Assembly: GCF_009914755.1 (NCBI RefSeq)
Contig: NC_060946.1
Strand: one strand, 5' to 3'
Source: the human T2T-CHM13v2.0 reference genome, Homo sapiens
DNA length: 64,000 nt
The notes below the pieces were generated by a model. That model did no database searches. It saw only the letters and a program-made list of their open reading frames with translations, and had not been told where the DNA came from. The position numbers and the translations under genes are program-made. Below, piece after piece: positions 13,826-27,233 of this stretch (position 1 is its first letter; every line of letters starts with the position of its first letter).

Positions 13826-15118
13826 CTAGGATGTGCCTAAATTAACTTTTTGACGTAACCCTGTACTGATCATCCAGGTGATGGAGCTTTTGTCTAGGCT
13901 CTGCCTAAGGGGGCATTGTGACATATTTCTGCATTGATCACCCAGGTGGCGAACTCTTCTCTCGGATCTGCCTATGGGGGCATTGTCAGAAATCTCTGCA
14001 CTGATCACCCAGGTGATGTAACTGTTGTGTAACCTCTGCCTACAGGGGAATTGTGAGAGATCTCGTCAATGATTACCCAAGGGATGTAACCGTTGTCTGG
14101 GCTTTGCATACAGGGGGCTTTTTGACATACCTTTGCACTGATCACCCAGGTGATGTAACACATCTAAGTTCGGCCTAAAGGAGCTTTGTGACATATCTCT
14201 GCACTGATCACTTAGGTGATGTAACACTTTTATAATCACTGCCTACAGGGAATTTTGACAAATCTCTGCACTGATCACCTAGGTGATGTAACTCTTGTCT
14301 ACCCTCTGTCCAACAGGGCATTGTGAAATATCTCTGCACTGATCACCCAGGTGATTCAACTCTTGACTAGGAACTGCCTCCAGAGGTTATTGTGAAATAT
14401 CTCTGCACTGATAAACTAGGTGGTGTAACCCTTGTCCAAGCTCTGCCTACAGGGGCGTTTCCACATATCCCTGAACTGATGACAGAGGTGATGTAACTCT
14501 TGCCTAGGCTTTGCCTACAGGGAACATTGGACATATATCTGCACTGATCACCCAGGTGATGCAACTCTTGCCTTGGCTTTGCCTACAGGGGACATCGTGA
14601 CATATCTCTTCAATGATCACTCATGTGATGCATCTCTTGCCTAGGCTTTGCCTACAGGGGACATTGTGACATATCTCTGCACTGATCTCCCAGGTGCTGT
14701 AACTTTAATCTAGGCTCTGGCTACACGGCATTGTGACATATCACTGCACTGATCACCCAGGCGATATAACTCTTCTCTAGGATCTGACCACAGGGTGCTT
14801 TGTGACATATCCCTGCAATGATCACCCAGGTGATATACCACTTGCCAAGGCTCTGCCTACAGGGGCATTGCAATGTATCTCTGCACTGTTCACCTAGGTC
14901 TTGTAGCTATTTTCTAGGAACTGCCTGCAGGGTGCTTTGTGACGTGTCCCAGCAAGGATTACCCAGGTGATGTACCTCTCATCAAGGCTCTGTCTACAGA
15001 CACATTGTGATGTATCTCTGCACTGATCACCTAGGTCATGTAAATTTTGTCTAGGCTCTACCTACGATGGCATTGTGACATATCTCTGCACTAATCATCC
15101 AAGTGATGTAACTCTTGT
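13826..15118. repeat. 19-mer HOR variant (1293 bp)
   Basis: Marker spacing 1293; single fused internal repeat at 14659-14755. Confidence 0.92.
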
Positions 15119-18100
15119 CTAGGATGTGCCTAAATTAACTTTTTGACATAACCCTGTACTGATCATCCAGGTGATGGAGCTTTTGTCTAGGCTCTGCCTA
15201 AGGGGGCATTGTGACATATTTCTGCATTGATCACCCAGGTGGCGAACTCTTCTCTCGTATCTGCCTATGGGGGCATTGTGAGAAATCTCTGCACTGATCA
15301 CCCAGGTGATGTAACTGTTGTGTAACCTCTGCCTACAGGGGAATTGTGAGAGATCTCGTCACTGATTACCCAAGTGATGTAACCGTTGTCTAGGCTTTGC
15401 GTACAAGGGGCTTTGTGACATACCTTTGCACTGATCACCCAGGTGATGTAACACGTCTAAGTTCGGCCTAAAGGAGCTTTGTGACATATCTCTGCACTGA
15501 TCACTTAGGTGATGTAACACTTTTATAATCACTGCCTACAGGGAATTTTGACAAATCTCTGCACTGATCACCTAGGTGATGTAACTCTTGTCTACCCTGT
15601 GTCCAACGGGGCATTGTGAAATATCTCTGCACTGATCACCCAGGTGATTCAACTCTTGACTAGGAACTGCCTACAGAGGTTATTGTGAAATATCTCTGCA
15701 CTGATAAACTAGGTGGTGTAACCCTTGTCCAAGCTCTGCCTACAGGGGCGTTTCCACATATCCCTGAACTGATGACCGAGGTGATGTAACTCTTGCCTAG
15801 GCTTTGCCTACAGGGAACATTGGACATATATCTGCACTGATCACCCAGGTGATGCAACTCTTGCCTAGGCTTTGCCTACAGGGGACATTGTGACATATCT
15901 CTTCAATGATCACTCATGTGATGCATCTCTTGACTAGGCTTTGCCTATAGGGGACATTGTGACATATCTCTTCACTGATCTCCCAGGTGCTGTAACTGTA
16001 TTCTAGGCTCTGGCTACACGGCATTGTGACATATCACTGCACTGATCAACCAGGTGATATAACTCTTGTATAGGCTCTGCCTACAGGGGGATTGTGACCT
16101 ACCTCTGCACTGATCACCCAGGTGATATAACTCTTCTCTAGGATCTTCCTACAGGGTACTTTGTGACATATCCCTGCACTGATCACCCAGGTGATCTATC
16201 TCTGGTCTAAGCTCTGCCTAAAGGGGCATTGTGACAGATCTCTGCACTGATCACTCAGGTGATGTAAGTATTGTCTAGGCTCTGCTTCAAGGGGCCTTGT
16301 CACATATCTCTGCACTGATAACCCAGGTGATGTAACTCTTGTCTAGGCTCTGTTTCCAGGGCATATTGTGACATATCTATGCACTGATCACCTTAGTGAT
16401 GTAACACTTTGGTAGGCTCGGCCTACAGGGGAATCTTGACATATCTCTGCACTGTTAACCGAGGTGATTTAACTCTTGTCTAGGCTGTGCCCACAGGGGG
16501 ATTGAGACATATCTCTGCACTGATCCCGAGGTGATACAACTCTTGCCTGGTCTCTGCCTACTGTGGACATTGTGACATATCTCTGCACTGATCTCCCAGG
16601 TGCTGTAACTTTAGTCTAGGCTCTGGCTACACGGCATTGTGACATATCACTGCACTGATCACCCAGGCGATATAACTCTTCTCTAGGATCTGACCACAGG
16701 GTGCTTTGTGACATATCCCTGCAATGATCACCCAGGTGATATACCACTTGCCAAGGCTCTGCCTACAGGGGCATTGCAATGTATCTCTGCACTGATCACC
16801 TAGGTCTTGTAGCTATTTTCTAGGATCTGCCTACAGGGTGCTTTGTGACGTGTCCCAGCAAGGATTACCCAGGTGATGTACCTCTCATCAAGGCTCTGCC
16901 TACAGGCACATTGTGATGTATCTCTGCACTGATCACCTAGGTCATGTAACTATTTTCTAGGGTCTACCTACGATGGCATTGTGACATATCTCTGCACTAA
17001 TCATCCAAGTGATGTAACTCTTGTCTAGGATGTGCCTAAATTAACTTTTTGACATAACCCTGTACTGATCATCCAGGTGATGGAGCTTTTGTCTAGGCTC
17101 TGCCTAAGGGGGCATTGTGACATATTTCTGCATTGATCACCCAGGTGGCGAACTCTTCTCTCGGATCTGCCTATGGGGGCATTGTGAGAAATCTCTGCAC
17201 TGATCACCCAGGTGATCTAACAGTTGTGTAACCTCTGCCTACAGGGGAACTGTGAGAGATCTCGTCACTGATTACCCAAGTGATGTAACCGTTCTCTAGG
17301 CTTTGCATACAGGGGGCTTTGTGACATACCTTTGCACTGATCACCCAGGTGATGTAACACATCTAAGTTCGGCCTAAAGGAGCTTTGTGACATATCTCTG
17401 CACTGATCACTTAGGTGATGTAACACTTTTATAATCACTGCCTACAGGGAATTTTGACAAATCTCTGCACTGATCACCTAGGTGATGTAACTCTTGTCTA
17501 CCCTCTGTCCAACGGGGCATTGTGAAATATCTCTGCACTGATCACCCAGGTGATTCAACTCTTGACTAGGAACTGCCTACAGAGGTTATTGTGAAATATC
17601 TCTGCACTGATAAACTAGGTGGTGTAACCCTTGTCCAAGCTCTGCCTACAGGTGCGTTTCCACATATCCCTGAACTGATGATAGAGGTGATGTAACTCTT
17701 GCCTAGGCTTTGCCTACAGGGAACATTGGACATATATCTGCACTGATCACCCAGGTGATGCAACTCTTGCCTAGGCTTTGCCTACAGGGGACATTGTGAC
17801 ATATCTCTTCAATGATCACTCATGTGATGCATCTCTTGCCTAGGCTTTGCCTACAGGGATATTGTGACATATCTCTGCACTGATCTCCCAGGTGCTGTAA
17901 CTTTAGTCTAGGCTCTGGCTACACGGCATTGTGACATATCACTGCACTAATCAACCAGGTGATATAACTCTTGTATAGGCTCTGCGTACAGGGGGATTGT
18001 GACCTACCTCTGCACTGATCACCCAGGTGATATAACTCTTCTCTAGGATCTCCCTACAGGGTACTTTGTGACATATCCCTGCACTGATCACCCAGGTGAT

Positions 18101-20835
18101 CTATCTCTGATCTAAGCTCTGCCTAAAGGGGCATTGTGACAGATCTCTGCACTGATCACTCTGGTGATGTAAGTATTTTCTAGGCTCTGCTTCAAGGGGC
18201 CTTGTCACATATCTCTGCACTGATCACCCAGGTGATGTAACTCTTGTCTAGGCTCTGCTTCCAGGGCATATTGTGACATATCTATGCACTGATCACCTTA
18301 GTGATGTAACACTTTGGTAGGCTCGGCCTACAGGGGAATCTTGACAAATCTCTGCACTGTTAACCGAGGTGATTTAACTCTTGTCTAGGCTGTGCCCACA
18401 GGGGGATTGAGACATATCTCTGCACTGATCCCGAGGTGATACAACACTTGCCTGGTCTCTGCCTACTGTGGACATTGTGACATATCTCTGCACTGATCTC
18501 CCAGGTGCTGTAACTTTAGTCTAGGCTCTGGCTACACGGCATTGTGACATATCACTGCACTGATCACCCAGGCGATGTAACTGTTCTCTAGGATCTGACC
18601 ACAGGGTGCTTTGTGACATATCCCTGCAATGATCACCCAGGTGATATACCACTTGCCAAGGCTCTGCCTACAGGGGCATTGCAATGTATCTCTGCACTGA
18701 TCACCTAGGTCTTGTAGCTATTTTCTAGGATCTGCCTACAGGGTGCTTTGTGACGTGTCCCAGCAAGGATTACCCAGGTGATGTACCTCTCATCAAGGCT
18801 CTGCCTACAGGCACATTGTGATGTATCTCTGCACTGATCACCTAGGTCATGTAACTTTTTTCTAGGCTCTACCTACGATGGCATTGTGACATATCTCTGC
18901 ACTAATCATCCAAGTGATGTAACTCTTGTCTAGGATGTGCCTAAATTAACTTTTTGACATAACCCTGTACTGATCATCCAGGTGATGGAGCTTTTGTCTA
19001 GGCTCTGCCTAAGGGGGCATTGTGACATATTTCTGCATTGATCACCCAGGTGGCGAACTCTTCTCTCGGATCTGCCTATGGGGGCATTGTGAGAAATCTC
19101 TGCACTGATAACCCAGGTGATGTAACTGTTGTGTAACCTCTGCCTACAGGGGAATTGTGAGAGATCTCGTCAATGATTACCCAAGGGATGTAACCGTTGT
19201 CTAGGCTTTGCATACAGGGGGCTTTGTGACATACCTTTGCACTGATCACCCAGGTGATGTAACACATCTAAGTTCGGCCTAAAGGAGCTTTGTGACATAT
19301 CTCTGCACTGATCACTTAGGTGATGTAACACTTTTATAATCACTGCCTACAGGGAATTTTGACAAATCTCTGCACTGATCACCTAGGTGATGTAACTCTT
19401 GTCTACCCTCTGTCCAACAGGGCATTGTGAAATATCTCTGCACTGATCACCCAGGTGATTCAACTCTTGACTAGGAACTGCCTCCAGAGGTTATTGTGAA
19501 ATATCTCTGCACTGATAAACTAGGTGGTGTAACCCTTGTCCAAGCTCTGCCTACTGGGGCGTTTCCACATATCCCTGAACTGATGACCGAGGTGATGTAA
19601 CTCTTGCCTAGGCTTTGCCTACAGGGAACATTGGACATATATCTGCACTGATCACCCAGGTGATGCAACTCTTGCCTAGGCTTTGCCTACAGGGGACATT
19701 GTGACATATCTCTTCAATGATCAATCATGTGATGCATCTCTTGCCTAGGCTTTGCCTACAGGGGACATTGTGACATATCTCTGCACTGATCTCCCAGGTG
19801 CTTTAACTTTAGTCTAGGCTCTGGCTACACGGCTTTGTGACATATCACTGCACTGATCAACCAGGTGATATAACTCTTGTATAGGCTCTGCCTACAGGGG
19901 GATTGTGACCTACCTCTGCACTGATCACCCAGGTGATATAACTCTTCTCTAGGATCTTCCTACAGTGTATTTTGTGACATATCCCTGCACTGATCACCCA
20001 GGTGATCTATCTCTGGTCTAAGCTCTGCCTAAAGGGGCATTGTGACAGATCTCTGCACTGATCACTCAGGTGATGTAAGTATTGTCTAGTCTCTGCTTCA
20101 AGGGGCCTTGTCACATATCTCTGCACTGATCACCCAGGTGATGTAACTCTTGTCTAGGCTCTGCTTCCAGGGCATATTGTGACATATCTATGCACTGATC
20201 ACCTTAGTGATGTAACACTTTGGTAGGCTCGGCCTACACGGGAATCTTGACATATATCTGCACTGTTAACCGAGGTGATTTAACTCTTGTCTAGGCTGTG
20301 CCCACAGGGGGATTGAGACATATCTCTGCACTGATCCCGAGGTGATACAACTCTTGCCTGGTCTCTGCCTACTGTGGACATTGTGACATATCTCTGCACT
20401 GATCTCCCAGGTGCTGTAACTTTAGTCTAGGCTCTGGCTACACGGCATTGTGACATATCACTGCACTGATCACCCAGGCGATATAACTCTTCTCTAGGAT
20501 CTGACCACAGGGTGCTTTGTGACATATCCCTGCAATGATCACCCAGGTGATATACCACTTGCCAAGGCTCTGCCTACAGGGGCATTGCAGTGTATCTCTG
20601 CACTGATCACCTAGGTCTTGTAGCTATTTTCTAGGATCTGCCTACAGGGTGCTTTGTGACGTGTCCCAGCAAGGATTACCCAGGTGATGTACCTCTCATC
20701 AAGGCTCTGCCTACAGGCACATTGTGATGTATCTCTGCACTGATCACCTAGGTCATGTAACTTTTTTCTAGGCTCTACCTACGATGGCATTGTGACATAT
20801 CTCTGCACTAATCATCCAAGTGATGTAACTCTTGT
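15119..20835. repeat. Three 28-mer HOR units (1906, 1905, 1906 bp)
   Basis: Markers at 15119, 17025, 18930 and 20836. Confidence 0.92.
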
Positions 20836-22128
20836 CTAGGATGTGCCTAAATTAACTTTTTGACGTAACCCTGTACTGATCATCCAGGTGATGGAGCTTT
20901 TGTCTAGGCTCTGCCTAAGGGGGCATTGTGACATATTTCTGCATTGATCACCCAGGTGGCGAACTCTTCTCTCGGATCTGCCTATGGGGGCATTGTCAGA
21001 AATCTCTGCACTGATCACCCAGGTGATGTAACTGTTGTGTAACCTCTGCCTACAGGGGAATTGTGAGAGATCTCGTCAATGATTACCCAAGGGATGTAAC
21101 CGTTGTCTGGGCTTTGCATACAGGGGGCTTTGTGACATACCTTTGCACTGATCACCCAGGTGATGTAACACATCTAAGTTCGGCCTAAAGGAGCTTTGTG
21201 ACATATCTCTGCACTGATCACTTAGGTGATGTAACACTTTTATAATCACTGCCTACAGGGAATTTTGACAAATCTCTGCACTGATCACCTAGGTGATGTA
21301 ACTCTTGTCTACCCTCTGTCCAACAGGGCATTGTGAAATATCTCTGCACTGATCACCCAGGTGATTCAACTCTTGACTAGGAACTGCCTCCAGAGGTTAT
21401 TGTGAAATATCTCTGCACTGATAAACTATTTGGTGTAACCCTTGTCCAAGCTCTGCCTACAGGGGCGTTTCCACATATCCCTGAACTGATGACAGAGGTG
21501 ATGTAACTCTTGCCTAGGCTTTGCCTACAGGGAACATTGGACATATATCTGCACTGATCACCCAGGTGATGCAACTCTTGCCTTGGCTTTGCCTACAGGG
21601 GACATCGTGACATATCTCTTCAATGATCACTCATGTGATGCATCTCTTGCCTAGGCTTTGCCTACAGGGGACATTGTGACATATCTCTGCACTGATCTCC
21701 CAGGTGCTGTAACTTTAGTCTAGGCTCTGGCTACACGGCATTGTGACATATCACTGCACTGATCACCCAGGCGATATAACTCTTCTCTAGGATCTGACCA
21801 CAGGGTGCTTTGTGACATATCCCTGCAATGATCACCCAGGTGATATACCACTTGCCAAGGCTCTGCCTACAGGGGCATTGCAATGTATCTCTGCACTGAT
21901 CACCTAGGTCTTGTAGCTATTTTCTAGGATCTGCCTACACGGTGCTTTGTGACGTGTCCCAGCAAGGATTACCCAGGTGATGTACCTCTCATCAAGGCTC
22001 TGCCTACAGGCACATTGTGATGTATCTCTGCACTGATCACCTAGGTCATGTAAATTTTGTCTAGGCTCTACCTACGATGGCATTGTGACATATCTCTGCA
22101 CTAATCATCCAAGTGATGTAACTCTTGT
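20836..22128. repeat. 19-mer HOR variant (1293 bp)
   Basis: Marker spacing 1293; fused internal repeat at 21669-21765. Confidence 0.92.
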
Positions 22129-25100
22129 CTAGGATGTGCCTAAATTAACTTTTTGACATAACCCTGTACTGATCATCCAGGTGATGGAGCTTTTGCCTAG
22201 GCTCTGCCTAACGGGGCATTGTGACATATTTCTGCATTGATCCCCCAGGTGGCGAACTCTTCTCTCGGATCTGCCTATGGGGGCATTGTGAGAAATCTCT
22301 GCACTGATCACCCAGGTGATGTAACTGTTGTGTAACCTCTGCCTACAGGGGAATTGTGAGAGATATCGTCACTGATTACCCAAGTGATGTAACCGTTGTC
22401 TAGGCTTTGCGTACAAGGGGCTTTGTGACATACCTTTGCACTGATCACCCAGGTGATGTAACACGTCTAAGTGCGGCCTAAAGGAGCTTTGTGACATATC
22501 TCTACACTGATCACTTAGGTGATGTAACACTTTTATAATCACTGCCTACAGGGAATTTTGACAAATCTCTGCACTGATCACCTAGGTGATGTAACTCTTG
22601 TCTCCCCTCTGTCCAACGGGGCATTGTGAAATATCTCTGCACTGATCACCCAGGTGATTCAACTCTTGACTAGGAACTGCCTACAGAGGTTATTGTGAAA
22701 TATCTCTGCACTGATAAACTAGGTGGTGTAACCCTTGTCCAAGCTCTGCCTACAGGGGCGTTTCCACATATCCCTGAACTGATGACAGAGGTTATGTAAG
22801 TCTTGCCTAGGCTTTGCCTACAGGGAACATTGGACATATATCTGCACTGATCACCCAGGTGATGCAACTCTTGCCTAGGCTTTGCCTACAGGGGACATTG
22901 TGACATATTTCTTCAATGATCACTCATGTGATGCATCTCTTGCCTAGGCTTTGCCTACAGGGGACATTGTGACATATCTCTGCACTGATCTCCCAGGTGC
23001 TGTAACTTTAGTCTAGGCTCTGGCTACACGGCATTGTGACATATCACTGCACTGATCAACCAGGTGATATAACTCTTGTATATGCTCTGCCTACAGGGGG
23101 ATTGTGACCTACCGCTGCACTGATCACCCTGGTGATATAACTCTTCTCTAGGATCTTCCTACAGGGTACTTTGTGACATATCCCTGCACTGATCACCCAG
23201 GTGATCTATCTCTGGTCTAAGCTCTGCCTAAAGGGGCATTGTGACAGATCTCTGCACTGATCACTCAGGTGATGTAAGTATTGTCTAGGCTCTGCTTCAA
23301 GGGGCCTTGTCACATATCTCTGCACTGATCACCCAGGTGATGTAACTCTTGTCTAGGCTCTGCTTCCAGGGCATATTGTGACATATCTATGCACTGATCA
23401 CCTTAGTGATGTAACACTTTGGTTGGCTCGGCCTACAGGGGAATCTTGACATATCTCTGCACTGTTAACCGAGGTGATTTAACTCTTGTCTAGGCTGTGC
23501 CCACAGGGGGATTGAGACATATCTCTGCACTGATCCCGAGGTGATACAACTCTTGCCTGGTCTCTGCCTACTGTGGACATTGTGACATATCTCTGCACTG
23601 ATCTCCCAGGTGCTGTAACTTTAGTCTAGGCTCTGGCTACACGGCATTGTGACATATCACTGCACTGATCACCCTGGCGATATAACTCTTCTCTAGGATC
23701 TGACCACAGGGTGCTTTGTGACATATCCCTGCAATGATCACCCAGGTGATATACCACTTGCCAAGGCTCTGCCTACAGGGGCATTGCAATGTATCTCTGC
23801 CCTGATCACCTAGGTCTTGTAGCTATTTTCTAGGATCTGCCTACAGGGTGCTTTGTGACGTGTCCCAGCAAGGATTACCCAGGTGATGTACCTCTCATCA
23901 AGGCTCTGCCTACAGGCACATTGTGATGTATCTCTGCACTGATCACCTAGGTCATGTAACTTTTTTCTAGGCTCTACCTACGATGGCATTGTGACATATC
24001 TCTGCACTAATCATCCAAGTGATGTAACTCTTGTCTAGGATGTGCCTAAATTAACTTTTTGACATAACCCTGTACTGATCATCCAGGTGATGGAGCTTTT
24101 GTCTAGGCTCTGCCTAAGGGGGCATTGTGACATATTTCTGCATTGATCACCCAGGTGGCGAACTCTTCTCTCGGATCTGCCTATGGGGGCATTGCGAGAA
24201 ATCTCTGCACTGATCACCCAGGTGATGTAACATTTGTGTAACCTCTGCCTACAGGGGAATTGTGAGAGATCTCGTAACTCATTACCCAAGGGATGTAACC
24301 GTTGTCTAGGCTTTGCATACAGGGTGCTTTGTGACATACCTTTGCACTGATCACCCAGGTGATGTAACACATCTAAATTCGGCCTAAAGGAGCTTTGTGA
24401 CATATCTCTGCACTGATCACTTAGGTGATGTAAAACTTTTATAATCACTGCCTACAGGGAATTTTGACAAATCTCTGCACTGATCACCTAGGTGATGTAA
24501 CTCTTGTCTACCCTCTGTCCAACGGGGCATTGTGAAATATCTCTGCACTGATCACCCAGGTGATTCAACTCTTGACTAGGAACTGCCTACAGAGGTTATT
24601 GTGAAATATCTCTGCACTGATAAACTAGGTGGTGTAACCCTTGTCCAAGCTCTGCCTACAGGGGCGTTTCCACATATCCCTGAACTGATGACAGAGGTGA
24701 TGTAACTCTTGCCTAGGCTTTGCCTACAGGGAACATTGGACATATATCTGCACTGATTTCCCAGGTGATGCAACTCTTGCCTAGGCTTTGCCTACAGGGG
24801 ACATTGTGACATATTTCTTCAATGATCACTCATGTGATGCATCTCTTGCCTAGGCTTTGCCTACAGGGGACATTGTGACATATCTCTGCACTGATCTCCC
24901 AGGTGCTGTAACTTTAGTCTAGGCTCTGGCTACACGGCATTGTGACATATCACTGCACTGATCAACCAGGTGATATAACTCTTGTATAGGCTCTGCCTAC
25001 AGGGGGATTGTGACCTACCTCTGCACTGATCACCCAGGTGATATAACTCTTCTCTAGGATCTTCCTACAGTGTATTTTGTGACATATCCCTGCACTGATC

Positions 25101-25940
25101 ACCCAGGTGATCTATCTCTGGTCTAAGCTCTGCCTAAAGGGGCATTGTGACAGATCTCTGCACTGATCACTCAGGTGATGTAAGTATTGTCTAGGCTCTG
25201 CTTCAAGGGGCCTTGTCACATATCTCTGCACTGATCACCCAGGTGATGTAACTCTTGTCTAGGCTCTGCTTCCAGAGCATATTGTGACATATCTATGCAC
25301 TGATCACCTTAGTGATGTAACACTTTGGTAGGCTCGGCCTACACGGGAATCTTGACGTATATCTGCACTGTTAACCGAGGTGATTTAACTCTTGTCTAGG
25401 CTGTGCCCACAGGGGGATTGAGACATATCTCTGCACTGATCCCGAGGTGATACAACTCTTGCCTGGTCTCTGCCTACTGTGGACATTGTGACATATCTCT
25501 GCACTGATCTCCCAGGTGCTGTAACTTTAGTCTAGGTTCTGGCTACACGGCATTGTGACATATCACTGCACTGATCACCCAGGCGATATAACTCTTCTCT
25601 AGGATCTGACCACAGGGTGCTTTGTGACATATCCCTGCAATGATCACCCAGGTGATATACCACTTGCCAAGGCTCTGCCTACAGGGGCATTGCAGTGTAT
25701 CTCTGCAATGATCACCTAGGTCTTGTAGCTATTTTCTAGGATCTGCCTACAGGGTGCTTTGTGACGTGTCCCAGCAAGGATTACCCAGGTGATGTACCTC
25801 TCATCAAGGCTCTGCCTACAGGCACATTGTGATGTATCTCTGCACTGATCACCTAGGTCATGTAACCTTTTTCTAGGCTCTACCTACGATGGCATTGTGA
25901 CATATCTCTGCACTAATCATCCAAGTGATGTAACTCTTGT
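22129..25940. repeat. Two 28-mer HOR units (1906 bp each)
   Basis: Markers at 22129, 24035 and 25941. Confidence 0.92.
22962..23671. repeat. Example of the intra-HOR 97-bp direct repeat (22962-23058 and 23575-23671, 613 bp = 9 monomers apart)
   Basis: Both copies read GGACATTGTGACATATCTCTGCACTGATCTCCCAGGTGCTGTAACTTTAGTCTAGGCTCTGGCTACACGGCATTGTGACATATCACTGCACTGATCA, identical by eye in this unit. Confidence 0.92.
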
Positions 25941-27233
25941 CTAGGATGTGCCTAAATTAACTTTTTGACATAACCCTGTACTGATCATCCAGGTGATGGA
26001 GCTTTTGTCTAGGCTCTGCCTAAGGGGGCATTGTGACATATTTCTGCATTGATCACCCAGGTGGCGAACTCTTCTCTCGGATCTGCCTATGGGGGCATTG
26101 TCAGAAATCTCTGCACTGATCACCCAGGTGATGTAACTGTTGTGTAACCTCTGCCTACAGGGGAATTGTGAGAGATCTCGTCAATGATTACCCAAGGGAT
26201 GTAACCGTTGTCTAGGCTTTGCATACAGGGGGCTTTGTGACATACCTTTGCACTGATCACCCAGGTGATGTAACACATCTAAGTTCGGCCTAAAGGAGCT
26301 TTGTGACATATCTCTGCACTGATCACTTAGGTGATGTAACACTTTTATAATCACTGCCTACAGGGAATTTTGACAAATCTCTGCACTGATCACCTAGGTG
26401 ATGTAACTCTTGTCTACCCTCTGTCCAACAGGGCATTGTGAAATATCTCTGCACTGATCACCCAGGTGATTCAACTCTTGACTAGGAACTGCCTCCAGAG
26501 GTTATTGTGAAATATCTCTGCACTGATAAACTAGGTGGTGTAACCCTTGTCCAAGCTCTGCCTACAGGGGCGTTTCCACATATCCCTGAACTGATGACAG
26601 AGGTGATGTAACTCTTGCCTAGGCTTTGCCTACAGGGAACATTGGACATATATCTGCACTGATCACCCAGGTGATGCAACTCTTGCCTTGGCTTTGCCTA
26701 CAGGGGACATCGTGACATATCTCTTCAATGATCACTCATGTGATGCATCTCTTGCCTAGGCTTTGCCTACAGGGGACATTGTGACATATCTCTGCACTGA
26801 TCTCCCAGGTGCTGTAACTTTAGTCTAGGCTCTGGCTACACGGCATTGTGACATATCACTGCACTGATCACCCAGGCGATATAACTCTTCTCTAGGATCT
26901 GACCACAGGGTGCTTTGTGACATATCCCTGCAATGATCACCCAGGTGATATACCACTTGCCAAGGCTCTGCCTACAGGGGCATTGCAATGTATCTCTGCA
27001 CTGTTCACCTAGGACTTGTAGCTATTTTCTAGGAACTGCCTGCAGGGTGCTTTGTGACGTGTCCCAGCAAGGATTACCCAGGTGATGTACCTCTCATCAA
27101 GGCTCTGTCTACAGACACATTGTGATGTATCTCTGCACTGATCACCTAGGTCATGTAAATTTTGTCTAGGCTCTACCTACGATGGCATTGTGACATATCT
27201 CTGCACTAATCATCCAAGTGATGTAACTCTTGT
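25941..27233. repeat. 19-mer HOR variant (1293 bp)
   Basis: Marker spacing 1293; fused internal repeat at 26774-26870. Confidence 0.92.
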
